From a virus, in IMG/VR virus record IMGVR_UViG_3300010384_000005: a stretch of 64,000 nt of DNA; one strand, written 5' to 3'. The notes under the pieces are model-generated. The model saw only the letters and a list, made by a program, of their open reading frames with translations, made no database searches and was not told the DNA's origin. Within the stretch, counting starts at the first letter, position 1; each line of letters starts with the position of its first letter. Shown here one piece after another: positions 7,931-16,532 of the stretch. A program made the position numbers and the translations under genes.

Positions 7931-8400
7931 TGGGAAATCAGATCAATCGTGGTAAGGGACGCGGACTACAGTTTATCAGGCATGCCGCTGCTTCCAATAC
8001 CGACAATTGCATCGAGTGGCCATTCTATAGAATGAAAAACGGATACGGCCAAGTGGGGACCCATGACGGAATGTCATTGGCCCATCGGCTTGTGTGCGAG
8101 ATGGCCCATGGTGATCCCCCAACAGGAAAGACGCATGCCCTCCATGGCTGCGGTAATCGCTCCTGCGTCAATCCCCGCCATCTTCGTTGGGGAACACCTC
8201 AGGAAAATGAAGAAGACAAAAGAGCACATGGGACGTGGTTTACTCGTTTGGGCGGCGCCAAGCTAAACGAGAGAACCGTGCTTGCCATTCGTACTGATGC
8301 GTTATGCGGTCAGTCCGTTTATCAGCTTTCGATAAAATATCAGACTCCAAAATCCACTATCAGCAAAGTGGTGCGAAAGGATACGTGGAAGCATGTCTAA
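7930..8400 (+). CDS. HNH endonuclease (HNH_3 type)
   Basis: CIEWPF...GYG...AHRLVC...HALHGCGNRSCVNPRHLRWGTPQEN. Confidence 0.85.
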   Translation: MGNQINRGKGRGLQFIRHAAASNTDNCIEWPFYRMKNGYGQVGTHDGMSLAHRLVCEMAHGDPPTGKTHALHGCGNRSCVNPRHLRWGTPQENEEDKRAHGTWFTRLGGAKLNERTVLAIRTDALCGQSVYQLSIKYQTPKSTISKVVRKDTWKHV

Positions 8401-8926
8401 GCGCGCCACACAATTTGCACGCCGTGAGCGTGACTTTTATCGTACCCCTGAAAGCGCACTGATGCCGCTTTTAAAGCATCTGCATGGAGTTAAGACATTT
8501 TATGCGCCGTGCGCAGGGGACGGATATCTCGCCGACAATCTAGTGAAGCATGGTTTCAAATGCGTTGGGATGAGCGACATTGAGCCACTTCGCAGCGATA
8601 TTCTTGGATTGGATGCTCTAGATTTATACGACGTCCAAGCCGACTGCATTATTGAAAATCCGCCCTGGACCAGAGAAATCCTCCATCCGATGATCCTGCG
8701 GTTTCAAGCCATCGCGCCAACTTGGTTGCTATTCGATGCTGACTGGATACACACGCGACAAGCTGTCCCGTTTATTGATCAATGCAGCCATATCGTCAGT
8801 GTAGGTCGCGTGAAGTGGATCAAGGATTCTAAGTTTACCGGCAAAGATAATGCTGCTTGGCATCGTTTCCATGTCCAGCATAGCGGTGGGCCTCGCTTCT
8901 TCGCGAGAGAGGCGGTGGCGGCATGA
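8393..8926 (+). CDS. DNA amino-methyltransferase (N6-A/N4-C)
   Basis: SAM-binding YAPCAGDG (motif I) and IIENPPW (motif IV). N-terminal DFYRTP. Confidence 0.8.
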   Translation: MSKRATQFARRERDFYRTPESALMPLLKHLHGVKTFYAPCAGDGYLADNLVKHGFKCVGMSDIEPLRSDILGLDALDLYDVQADCIIENPPWTREILHPMILRFQAIAPTWLLFDADWIHTRQAVPFIDQCSHIVSVGRVKWIKDSKFTGKDNAAWHRFHVQHSGGPRFFAREAVAA

Positions 8927-10383
8927 ACGCCCACGCCCGTGATCCACTGCCGGCCAATATCGAGGCAGAACAGGGTTTGTTAGGTGGCATCCTAATGAAC
9001 AACGAGGCTATCGATAGAATCCCGGCTGGGTTTTCTCCAGAGCATTTCTACGAGAAAATTCACCGTCAGATATTCGAAGCCATTCTTGCGGGCAGGCAAG
9101 CAAAAAAGGGCATGAACCCAGTCACTGTTCGTTCCTTTATGCCCCCAGAAGCCGCCACGTCTAAGGTCGGTGACATCACCGTTGCGCAGTACCTTACTCG
9201 CCTCATGATGGAGGCTGTGAACGTCATCAACGTTCCTGACTTCGCAGACGCGATAACAGGTTACTATAACCGCCGCGAAGCCATGGCGATCGCCAATGAT
9301 GCCTATGTGGCTGGTATAGGGGCGCAGGACGAGCTTGAATTCGTAGACCGCATTACGGAATGCCGGGAGCGACTGACGGCAATTGTCTCGTCTATTCAGG
9401 AGCGGAATGCTCCCGCCGAAAGCTTCATCGATCGGATCGACCATACTCTCGACATGACGGCAGAAGCCATGTCTGGAAAGGATCTGGTTGGCCTTGATCC
9501 CGGTATTCCAGAGCTAATGCAGCTTATCGGTCCAGTGCAAGACGGTCACTTGCTGGTGATAGGCGGTGACGTGAAGACCGGCAAGAGCGCTGCGGCTTGG
9601 CAATGCGGCTTCAACATAGCCGAAAAGCATCCTATCGGCGGCGTCAGCGGTGAAATGCCGGTTGAGCAAATCATCATGCGTGAGAAGGCCCGTCGCACCG
9701 GGATATCCGCAAAACGTCAGAGGTTGGGCCGTGTGTCTTCTGTGGAGATGGACGAGCTAGCTCGCGCTGGGGCCGACATTAAGCGCCTCTGCCATGTCGA
9801 TATCGTCGCAAAGCAGCTCACCCTTGACCAGATCGATGAGCGGATAAACCGGCTGCAGGGTGAGTTTGGAATTAGCTGCTTCATTGTTGATCACATTCTA
9901 AAGCTAGCATGGACCGGCAAGATGGAAGATGCCGATGATTTCAAAAAGGCGAACCGGGCAACTTCTACGCTCAAGAACATCGCCATGAAGCGGAATATCC
10001 CGATCATCGCGCTCACCCACATCAACAAGAACAGCGGCGATACTCTTTACGGCAAGTCCTATCGGGATCGCCTGATGTCAGCGAAACGCCGCCGGCCGAC
10101 CTACAAGAGCATGCTCGGCAATATCGATAAGGACGTGGACAACATGATTATCGTCCATCAGGCGTTTCCCGCTGTGGCCGGTATGGAGCCGGAAGAGGGC
10201 ACCGAAGACTACCGCCTCTGGGAAGACACCATGAACGAGGTGAGGGGAAAAGCTGAATTCATCTTGGCTCTTTCCCGAGAAAACGAATTCCCGCGGCGCA
10301 AAGATATCCAATGGAACGGCGAAAGCACGAGCTTCGGGCCGGCGTTCAAGCAACAGTTTAATGAGCGCGGATTTTTTGCATGA
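8923..10383 (+). CDS. dnaB: DnaB-like replicative helicase
   Basis: LPANIEAEQGLLGGILMNN...FY...HR.IF N-domain, Walker A GGDVKTGKS, SGEM, IVDH, NIPIIALTHINK. Confidence 0.9.
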   Translation: MNAHARDPLPANIEAEQGLLGGILMNNEAIDRIPAGFSPEHFYEKIHRQIFEAILAGRQAKKGMNPVTVRSFMPPEAATSKVGDITVAQYLTRLMMEAVNVINVPDFADAITGYYNRREAMAIANDAYVAGIGAQDELEFVDRITECRERLTAIVSSIQERNAPAESFIDRIDHTLDMTAEAMSGKDLVGLDPGIPELMQLIGPVQDGHLLVIGGDVKTGKSAAAWQCGFNIAEKHPIGGVSGEMPVEQIIMREKARRTGISAKRQRLGRVSSVEMDELARAGADIKRLCHVDIVAKQLTLDQIDERINRLQGEFGISCFIVDHILKLAWTGKMEDADDFKKANRATSTLKNIAMKRNIPIIALTHINKNSGDTLYGKSYRDRLMSAKRRRPTYKSMLGNIDKDVDNMIIVHQAFPAVAGMEPEEGTEDYRLWEDTMNEVRGKAEFILALSRENEFPRRKDIQWNGESTSFGPAFKQQFNERGFFA

Positions 10384-10916
10384 AAAAGATTCTAACTTTT
10401 GAAAAAGCCAATCAACTTGTCCGTTATGAGCCAGAAACTGGTGAAATGTTCTGGCGCGTTAATCGACGAGGCGGTGCGAAGGCTGGCGACCAAGTTGGGC
10501 ACATAAATCAGGGCGGTTATTGGGCCACGATTGTCGATAGGGTTCCCATTGAAATGCATCGGCTAGCGTGGCTTCTTTATTACGGAGAATTGCCGGCGCG
10601 TGGGCTTTATGTCGATCATATAAATCGAATTAAGACTGATAATAGAATCGCCAATCTTAGGATTGTGGATGCGGACGGTAATGCTGCCAATAGGGTGCGC
10701 GAATCTTACAAGCACGGCGGCGAGCGCGGTATAGCATTCGACAAAATCAACAACAAATGGAATGTCAGCGTTCCAATCACGAAGCGCAAGAGCCGATACA
10801 TTGGATGTTTTGTAGATATTCGGGATGCACGAATAGCGCGAGATGCTGCAGAGAAAGCCATAAAGCTCATGGCTGATGCAGCGCCACTTGCGGAAAAGCG
10901 GGAGACCGCCGCATGA
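10380..10916 (+). CDS. HNH-AP2 homing endonuclease
   Basis: MHRLAWLLYYG...VDHINRIKTDNRIANLR plus AP2-like GIAFDKINNKW.V...YIGCF...DARIARD. Confidence 0.85.
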   Translation: MKKILTFEKANQLVRYEPETGEMFWRVNRRGGAKAGDQVGHINQGGYWATIVDRVPIEMHRLAWLLYYGELPARGLYVDHINRIKTDNRIANLRIVDADGNAANRVRESYKHGGERGIAFDKINNKWNVSVPITKRKSRYIGCFVDIRDARIARDAAEKAIKLMADAAPLAEKRETAA

Positions 10917-11176
10917 ACGAGTTCGCCATAGGCACCCAAGCCGTCCCTGGTGGATTTCTCGGCTGGTTTAGAAAAGTCCATCGTGCAGAGAACGAGATCG
11001 TTAAGGGTGAACGCGGCCAGCCCATCATCTTCCCCACGAAGTCAGAAGCCAAAGCTGCGGCTGGTGAGGCGATCGTCGCTTACATGAATGGCAGTTTCGT
11101 TCGCTCCGGTGAAATTCTCTCCGCACCCCGTAGAGAGGCTGAGGAGCTGTTTAGGAAGAAGGGAGAGGCCGCATGA
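10913..11176 (+). CDS. Hypothetical phage protein
   Basis: GGGAG RBS, ATGA coupling. Confidence 0.7.
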   Translation: MNEFAIGTQAVPGGFLGWFRKVHRAENEIVKGERGQPIIFPTKSEAKAAAGEAIVAYMNGSFVRSGEILSAPRREAEELFRKKGEAA

Positions 11177-11418
11177 CTCCTTGGAGATGGTGGGCCGGAG
11201 AGCTTGATGACGACGTTTACAATCTTGCCGGCGATGAGCCGACGCGTGAGGCAGTGATTAGGCTTGCTTGCCATAGTCTAAAACCGGGCGATCAATTCCG
11301 TATTATTGAAGCGCGGTCCAGTAGTGATCGTAAATATGAGGGATCTGACTTCGTGCCGTTCCTTCGTGTTCGGAATGCCGAAATCATCACCGTTGGACCT
11401 GTCAAGGTGGGTGCATGA
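11173..11418 (+). CDS. Hypothetical phage protein
   Basis: GGAGAGG RBS, ATGA coupling. Confidence 0.7.
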   Translation: MTPWRWWAGELDDDVYNLAGDEPTREAVIRLACHSLKPGDQFRIIEARSSSDRKYEGSDFVPFLRVRNAEIITVGPVKVGA

Positions 11419-12125
11419 TGCAAGTCGAAACCACCCTAAAATCCTTCTACAAGGGCGTAGACGAGCGTCTGGGCAAGACCAGGCCTACCGGCTGCAGAAG
11501 GCCGAACAAGTTAGCCGTGGCGCCGCATGACCAAGCTCCGGCCGGCCTGAGCAGAGAAGAGAGGTATATCTGGTCTCGTTGCCAGGAATTCGGCATCGGT
11601 TATGACTTGATCATCTCGGGCGAGAAATCACGGCAGTTCGCGGCGCCTCGGCAGCTACTCTATTATGAGCTGCACAAGAAATTCGACTTGTCCTACGAAC
11701 AGATCGGCCAATTGATGGGCGGCCGCCATCACACCACGATCCTTGGCGGCATTCACAATGTTCGTCGCTTGTTGGGATCCACAACATCTGACGCCGTTCC
11801 AGATGTCCAGAAGCTCATGGGTGACCAGAAACTTCATGACCAAGTCAAATCGGCATATCAGACCAATATTTCGCCCTCACTGATCGAGGAACGCTATGGC
11901 ATCAGCCGAAGGGCCGTTGCTCATATCGCCACGGTTGAGCGTTGGCAGAAGAATGGCGATAGAAGCACAGAACCTAAATTCCGCCTCGCTCAGATGCGCC
12001 GGGAATATTACGGCGGCAAGAAGCTTTCGTGGATCTGCGAGAAGCATGGCATCAGTTCCAAGGTTTTCCTGCGGTTGCGTCAGAAGCTTGGCTGGGAACC
12101 TCGGAAGAGGGTGACGGACGAATGA
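11415..12125 (+). CDS. DnaA C-terminal (domain IV) HTH-containing protein
   Basis: PRQLLYYELHKKFDLSYEQIGQLMGGRHHTTILGGIHNV matches the Bac_DnaA_C signature. Further small HTH-like segments follow. Confidence 0.75.
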   Translation: MMQVETTLKSFYKGVDERLGKTRPTGCRRPNKLAVAPHDQAPAGLSREERYIWSRCQEFGIGYDLIISGEKSRQFAAPRQLLYYELHKKFDLSYEQIGQLMGGRHHTTILGGIHNVRRLLGSTTSDAVPDVQKLMGDQKLHDQVKSAYQTNISPSLIEERYGISRRAVAHIATVERWQKNGDRSTEPKFRLAQMRREYYGGKKLSWICEKHGISSKVFLRLRQKLGWEPRKRVTDE

Positions 12126-12361
12126 CAGATCGTATCTCCTGCTGCGTTCCATTTTGCCAGCGTACCTGGAAGGGCGATGAGCGCGCTGTCGAATGGATCT
12201 GCCGCGCTCACTGGATGCCAATCCGGCTTGAGCGCCGAAAAGTGTATCGTCGCGCCCTGAGCGCCTTCAAAGACAATCCCACAGATGAAAACCGCGACAT
12301 TGCTTTTGGCCTTTGGGGAGCGATGAAGCGTGAGGCAATCGAGAAGGCTGCTGGGATATGA
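12122..12361 (+). CDS. Small Cys/His (zinc-finger-like) protein
   Basis: CCVPFC...WIC..HW motif. Start moved to MTDRIS, coupled to the previous stop. Confidence 0.7.
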   Translation: MTDRISCCVPFCQRTWKGDERAVEWICRAHWMPIRLERRKVYRRALSAFKDNPTDENRDIAFGLWGAMKREAIEKAAGI

Positions 12362-12813
12362 CTGATCGAGCCCGCGCTATGTTCGGTGAATTCGGTATAA
12401 CGGTGGTTCCGGCCAACGTAGTGCCTGGCATTGGACAGACGCGGGCTATTGTCACTCTCGAACGCATTATAAATCGCCATGGAGAGGCGCACGCACGATT
12501 TGTTGTCATGACACTGTCAGAGACCGCAAACAACCGCGGAGCGCTCACTGAGACAACGCTATGGGCTGTTTCAGATGTCTTGCGGGCAGCGCAGAAGAAT
12601 TTCCCCGATCTGATCGAAAATGACACCGAAGCATGGTTTCAGTTCTGGGACGGCGTTCCCCTTGGCTGGCTCGAATACTGGTGCCTGGACCTTGAGGGAA
12701 TTATCTCAAAGCGCCATGCCCTAGCCGGTATGTGCTATGAAAGGCTTCGTCGCCGGTTCGGCGATCTGGCAACCCAACCTGATCTATTAGATGACCGACG
12801 GAGTGCTGCATGA
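12358..12813 (+). CDS. Conserved rhizobial phage hypothetical protein
   Basis: Coupled ORF, phage-like composition. Confidence 0.72.
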   Translation: MTDRARAMFGEFGITVVPANVVPGIGQTRAIVTLERIINRHGEAHARFVVMTLSETANNRGALTETTLWAVSDVLRAAQKNFPDLIENDTEAWFQFWDGVPLGWLEYWCLDLEGIISKRHALAGMCYERLRRRFGDLATQPDLLDDRRSAA

Positions 12814-13454
12814 CCCCGGAAGAAATCACTGTATTGTTCATCAAGGCCATGGAGATCGATCGTCGTCTCCCTGATACGGCTCGGCCAGCAGCCCTCAAGG
12901 CGCAGAAGCTATCCTTCGTTCACGATTGGGCCGACGTTAATGGCTGGTCCAGTGAGGACAAGAAAGAGCGTGAGTGGCAATGGCTTGATCCCGCAAAGCT
13001 GAAGATTCGGCCGATCGATGTTTCGATCTGGGAGATGGCGAATGAGCTAATCTCCATGGTTCGTATCGAGAGCGATCGGAAGTGCTTACTTCGCTGGTCT
13101 ATGGCGCAGGCCGGTGGTAAACCTTTTGCGGCTTGGTGCCGTTCTGAAAACATCCATGTCGAGACGGGAAGACGACGGAAGAACAGGGCGATTGAAAGTA
13201 TTTTGGTCGCTCTTGGTTGCAAGCCGTTGCAGCATAACGATAATCGCCGTCCTGCGGTGTTGCGTTCGGATCAAGAATTTGGCATCAATGATGTCAACAT
13301 AGCAAATGACGCGCCCACCTATTGGAGAGCCCCAGATGCAAGGCCGATGGCCTGTGATTTTGATAGTGGTCTCCAGAATTTCGAATGGGCCGAACTGCAG
13401 AATGAGCGGCGTCGGAAACGGGCCGAGCTTCGCAAGCGTCAAGTCGCGGCATAG
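12810..13454 (+). CDS. Putative late-gene regulator (last gene of the early-right operon)
   Basis: Q-like position. Similar in style to alphaproteobacterial phage DUF6362 proteins. Function inferred from position only. Confidence 0.6.
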   Translation: MTPEEITVLFIKAMEIDRRLPDTARPAALKAQKLSFVHDWADVNGWSSEDKKEREWQWLDPAKLKIRPIDVSIWEMANELISMVRIESDRKCLLRWSMAQAGGKPFAAWCRSENIHVETGRRRKNRAIESILVALGCKPLQHNDNRRPAVLRSDQEFGINDVNIANDAPTYWRAPDARPMACDFDSGLQNFEWAELQNERRRKRAELRKRQVAA

Positions 13455-13457
13455 ATT

Positions 13458-14265
13458 GCTGCACTGCGGGTGTAGCCATTCCCCTCACGGGGCGCCATAA
13501 GCCAAGGATACGGTGTCACCGAGGCCCTTGGAGCCAATATGAGGCTCTGCCCGGACTGATCCCCGGAAGCACCCTCGGATCGGAGCGAGAGCTTCGGTCG
13601 ACGAAATCTGGAAAGACCCTACTGCATTCGTCTAGTCGGCAGGCTTCCAAACGCCGGCCCCTGCTGAGGTTGGTGCAGCACTCTTCCAGAGCCGGGTAAT
13701 GAAGGTCCTCGGAGAGATGGCTTTGTCTGATCTGCGGTCACCTGAACCCGGCAACAATTTGCTGCGATCCTCAAGGTGAGGTCTTAGCCTTCCAAGCTAA
13801 TAAGCCCGGTTCGATTCCGGGTCGCCGCTCCAATTCGGAAGATTTAACACATCTTCCCCGACATGTTATCGAAACGAGATTTCTTTGACATGTCGCGATA
13901 TCGAGGCGAATGCCTCAACGAGGGTGCCTCCTGTTAGCAAAGCGCAGGCGCAGAAAGATGAGGATATGCCCTCATAGGCCATAGCAATTCGCCCATATGG
14001 GCAAACGAGATCGGGAAGCAGCACGGATGGACGTGTACGGGCGAACGTCTTGGTAGCCTATGGACTGGATAGCCGCCGAACCCAAGCCGAGGCGGTATTA
14101 GAGCGCAGTAGCTGGTATCAAGCCCAGCCTTCCCGACTAATTCCTCACCAGAGGACAGGACGGCCCGCAGCGGGAATGCTCGCCTAAGCCGGATAGCCAA
14201 GGATTGGGGTTCGTGCCCGGTCACCGTCCTGAGTTATACGGTTTCCGCAAAAGCGGTATAACCGA
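13458..14265 (+). ncRNA. Large, densely structured ncRNA candidate (GOLLD-like) containing a tRNA
   Basis: About 810-nt gap with no credible + strand CDS. More than 20 stems read by eye, including long-range pairs 13607-13613/13684-13690, 13979-13984/14058-14063 and 14156-14163/14224-14231. Pseudoknots at 13556-13562/13577-13583, 14011-14018/14129-14136 and 14077-14083/14207-14213. tRNA in the middle. Confidence 0.6.
13761..13832 (+). tRNA. tRNA-Gly (anticodon TCC), atypical
   Basis: Acceptor GCTGCGA/TCGCCGC (one U-C mismatch), anticodon arm TTAGC-CTTCCAA-GCTAA, T arm CCCGG-TTCGATT-CCGGG, U73 and encoded CCA. Short D arm, 72 nt total. Confidence 0.85.
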
Positions 14266-14285
14266 AAATGCCCTAAAGCACGGAT

Positions 14286-14642
14286 ATGGCAATGGCACTT
14301 GATGCATGGGATCTCGATCCGCATAACCTGGCACTGACTTTGGCTAGAGCGGAAAAGGGAAGCTATCGGCTTGAGAAGGCCATCCAAGATGTTTTCGAAC
14401 GCGATACCCAATCCGGCTGGACGCGGAGCTTCGAAGCCGCCGTCAAATTGTTCGAGGAAGAGTTCGGGCGCGAAAAAGGTGACTGGACGCGCCAAGCCTT
14501 CGTCAACGGCTGCAATGGCATATCGTGGGACATCAGCGATCTCAACGGAACCGAATATGTCGGATCGGGTGAGACGGATGCTCTTGCGCTCTGCTGTGCC
14601 ATGGTGAGGGCAAAACTCAAAGATAATCGGCGTTCGTTCTGA
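14286..14642 (+). CDS. Hypothetical protein
   Basis: 118-aa ORF starting right after the structured region. Confidence 0.68.
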   Translation: MAMALDAWDLDPHNLALTLARAEKGSYRLEKAIQDVFERDTQSGWTRSFEAAVKLFEEEFGREKGDWTRQAFVNGCNGISWDISDLNGTEYVGSGETDALALCCAMVRAKLKDNRRSF

Positions 14643-14696
14643 TTTCGCGGCCCGATCGGCATAACTGCTGGTCGGGCTTTTCATTTGGAGAGTGAG

Positions 14697-14867
14697 ATGA
14701 AAAAGCGAGAGCCGAAGATCGGTGAAGCGCGTCGTTTCAAAGTTCTCAGATATCGGATTGCCGTTACGCCGATGGTCTCGTGGGCTGTACATGGCCGAAA
14801 GATTAATGATCGACGCTTCTCTTGGTTCATCCGAGATATGTGGCGCGTTGGAGATTATGGGATATGA
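14697..14867 (+). CDS. Small basic hypothetical protein
   Basis: GGAG RBS, coupled to the next gene (ATGA). Confidence 0.5.
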   Translation: MKKREPKIGEARRFKVLRYRIAVTPMVSWAVHGRKINDRRFSWFIRDMWRVGDYGI

Positions 14868-15220
14868 CCCTCGCAGAATTCAAAGCCTGGTTTGAAGGCT
14901 TCACGGAAACGTTGGAAGCCGCACCGAATGAAAAGCAGTGGGAGCGCATCAAGGCTCGGGTTGCTGAGATCGATGGGACCGTGACGACATATCCGGTCTT
15001 CGTTGATCGCTATATCCCGCCGTATCGGCCGTGGTATGGAGGGATACCTCTCAATCCCATCATCTACGGAGCCAACACGTCTCTCGAAGCGCGATCCTCT
15101 GTCTCGCTCAATGCCGGCGCTGGTGATATGCCGGTTAGCGCCATCAACCACGAAGTATTCAGCCCTATGAGCGCGATGACCGATCTCGGCAAAGCTGAGT
15201 TCCGGTCGCTGGATTCGTGA
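14864..15220 (+). CDS. Hypothetical phage protein
   Basis: MTLAEFKAWFEGF.E......QW..IK motif common in phages. GGAG RBS. Confidence 0.75.
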   Translation: MTLAEFKAWFEGFTETLEAAPNEKQWERIKARVAEIDGTVTTYPVFVDRYIPPYRPWYGGIPLNPIIYGANTSLEARSSVSLNAGAGDMPVSAINHEVFSPMSAMTDLGKAEFRSLDS

Positions 15221-15495
15221 TGTGCCCATATCGTCTGACGGCCGCCGTTCTTGAACTCATAATCGCGGCATCAACGGGATATTTCATCTTTCTTGCGGCA
15301 GACGGCTACGCCAAGCAAGAGCAGACAAAGCCTGAGATACGTCAGTTTGACACACAGCAGCCCAACAGCGTCGGTCCTGCTGTCCCGCCATGTCTAAGGC
15401 ATCCAGCGCCCGGAGATCGCCCACAGTTCGTTCTCAGGTCTGCGGATGGAACGGTTATCATCGTCGGGTCGGAAGATGTGAGGAAGAGGTGCTGA
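15217..15495 (+). CDS. Small membrane-anchored protein
   Basis: N-terminal hydrophobic helix, coupled start. Confidence 0.55.
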   Translation: MMCPYRLTAAVLELIIAASTGYFIFLAADGYAKQEQTKPEIRQFDTQQPNSVGPAVPPCLRHPAPGDRPQFVLRSADGTVIIVGSEDVRKRC

Positions 15496-15807
15496 GATGG
15501 CTCAGAAGAGCCCTTTCCACATCAAGGTTGGTACATGTCGGTACTATGGCGTGCGAGACGGGAAAGGTATCCGCCTCTGTGATCGGCGCCCTTGGTATGG
15601 GCGGTTTCGGATAGCTAATGGCAGGAATATTCCGCTTTCTGTAGAAAATTCTACCGCAGCCAAGTGCCCTAAATAGAAATAATATTCTATGAACTGGCTT
15701 CAACGTCTCTTCCATCGCCCACACTGGCTGACGGAGAGGCCTATAGGCGCGCCAAAGGATGTACATATCCAGGCGAGGGGATGGCGGGTGAGGTTTAGGA
15801 GATATCC

Positions 15808-15951
15808 ATGACCACCCACGAAAAGCAAACCGAGATCTCCAACCTCATAGCCATCCTAAAGGCAGAGGGCATGATGTATCCGGTTGGTGACGAACTGGAT
15901 GCCGTGCTCGCGGATTGCCGGCGGCTCGTGAAGGTGGTGAGGCAAAGATGA
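15808..15951 (+). CDS. Small hypothetical protein (47 aa)
   Basis: Manual translation MTTHEKQTEISNLIAILKAEGMMYPVGDELDAVLADCRRLVKVVRQR, AGGAG RBS. Confidence 0.55.
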   Translation: MTTHEKQTEISNLIAILKAEGMMYPVGDELDAVLADCRRLVKVVRQR

Positions 15952-16097
15952 CCAAGCGTTCGCCATTCCTCACCCGCTTTGAACAAGATGCTGAGCAAAT
16001 GGTTGGCGTCCTCACCCGAGGTGAGCCCAAGACGGAAGATGAGTGGAAGGCTGTTATCAGAGCCGCCAAGCGTCTTCTGGCCCATGCGGATGCGTAG
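15948..16097 (+). CDS. Small hypothetical protein
   Basis: MTKRSPFL..., GAGG RBS, ATGA coupling. Confidence 0.55.
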   Translation: MTKRSPFLTRFEQDAEQMVGVLTRGEPKTEDEWKAVIRAAKRLLAHADA

Positions 16098-16154
16098 CTG
16101 AAAAGCTAAGGATTTGCGTTAGTGTTCAACGCACATAAATATTGAGAACAATGC

Positions 16155-16532
16155 ATGCCTTTCGAACCCGGTAAAAGCGGCAATCCCGGAGGCCGACCGA
16201 AGTCCAAACCGTTCAAGGAAGCCCTACTCATGGAGGCGCTATCCGCGGAGCGTGGAGAGGTCTGTATCGCCAAGAAGGGCTCTCTTCGGTGGAATGCTCG
16301 CCAGCTTCTGGAAATGGGTGAGGTGGCTTCCATCAAGGAAATCGCTGACCGCCTGGATGGCAAGGTGACACAAAGTATCAGCGGCCCAGATGGTGGCCCG
16401 ATCCAAACGGTTGACCTGACAAACCTGAGTGAAGATGACCTCAATCGCCTCGAACTTGTCTTCGGTAGACTTGCCGGTATCGCCAGCGACGATGGTGAGA
16501 CTGATCCGTCTGGAGAAGGCGAGGAGGGCTAA
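16155..16532 (+). CDS. terS: Terminase small subunit
   Basis: PFEPGKSGNPGGRPK (DUF5681-type) N-terminus, EIADRLDGKVTQ, directly upstream of terL. Confidence 0.88.
   Translation: MPFEPGKSGNPGGRPKSKPFKEALLMEALSAERGEVCIAKKGSLRWNARQLLEMGEVASIKEIADRLDGKVTQSISGPDGGPIQTVDLTNLSEDDLNRLELVFGRLAGIASDDGETDPSGEGEEG

Noticed and set aside
13466-13476. GCGGGTGTAGC looks like the 5' end of a second tRNA-Gly
   Set aside because: No D, anticodon or T arm follows. The segment instead forms a local hairpin with 13458-13464.
13551-13610. CTGA...CGAAA as a hammerhead ribozyme core
   Set aside because: The sequence is CTGATCC, not CTGANGA, and the three stems do not assemble. The segment fits a pseudoknot better.
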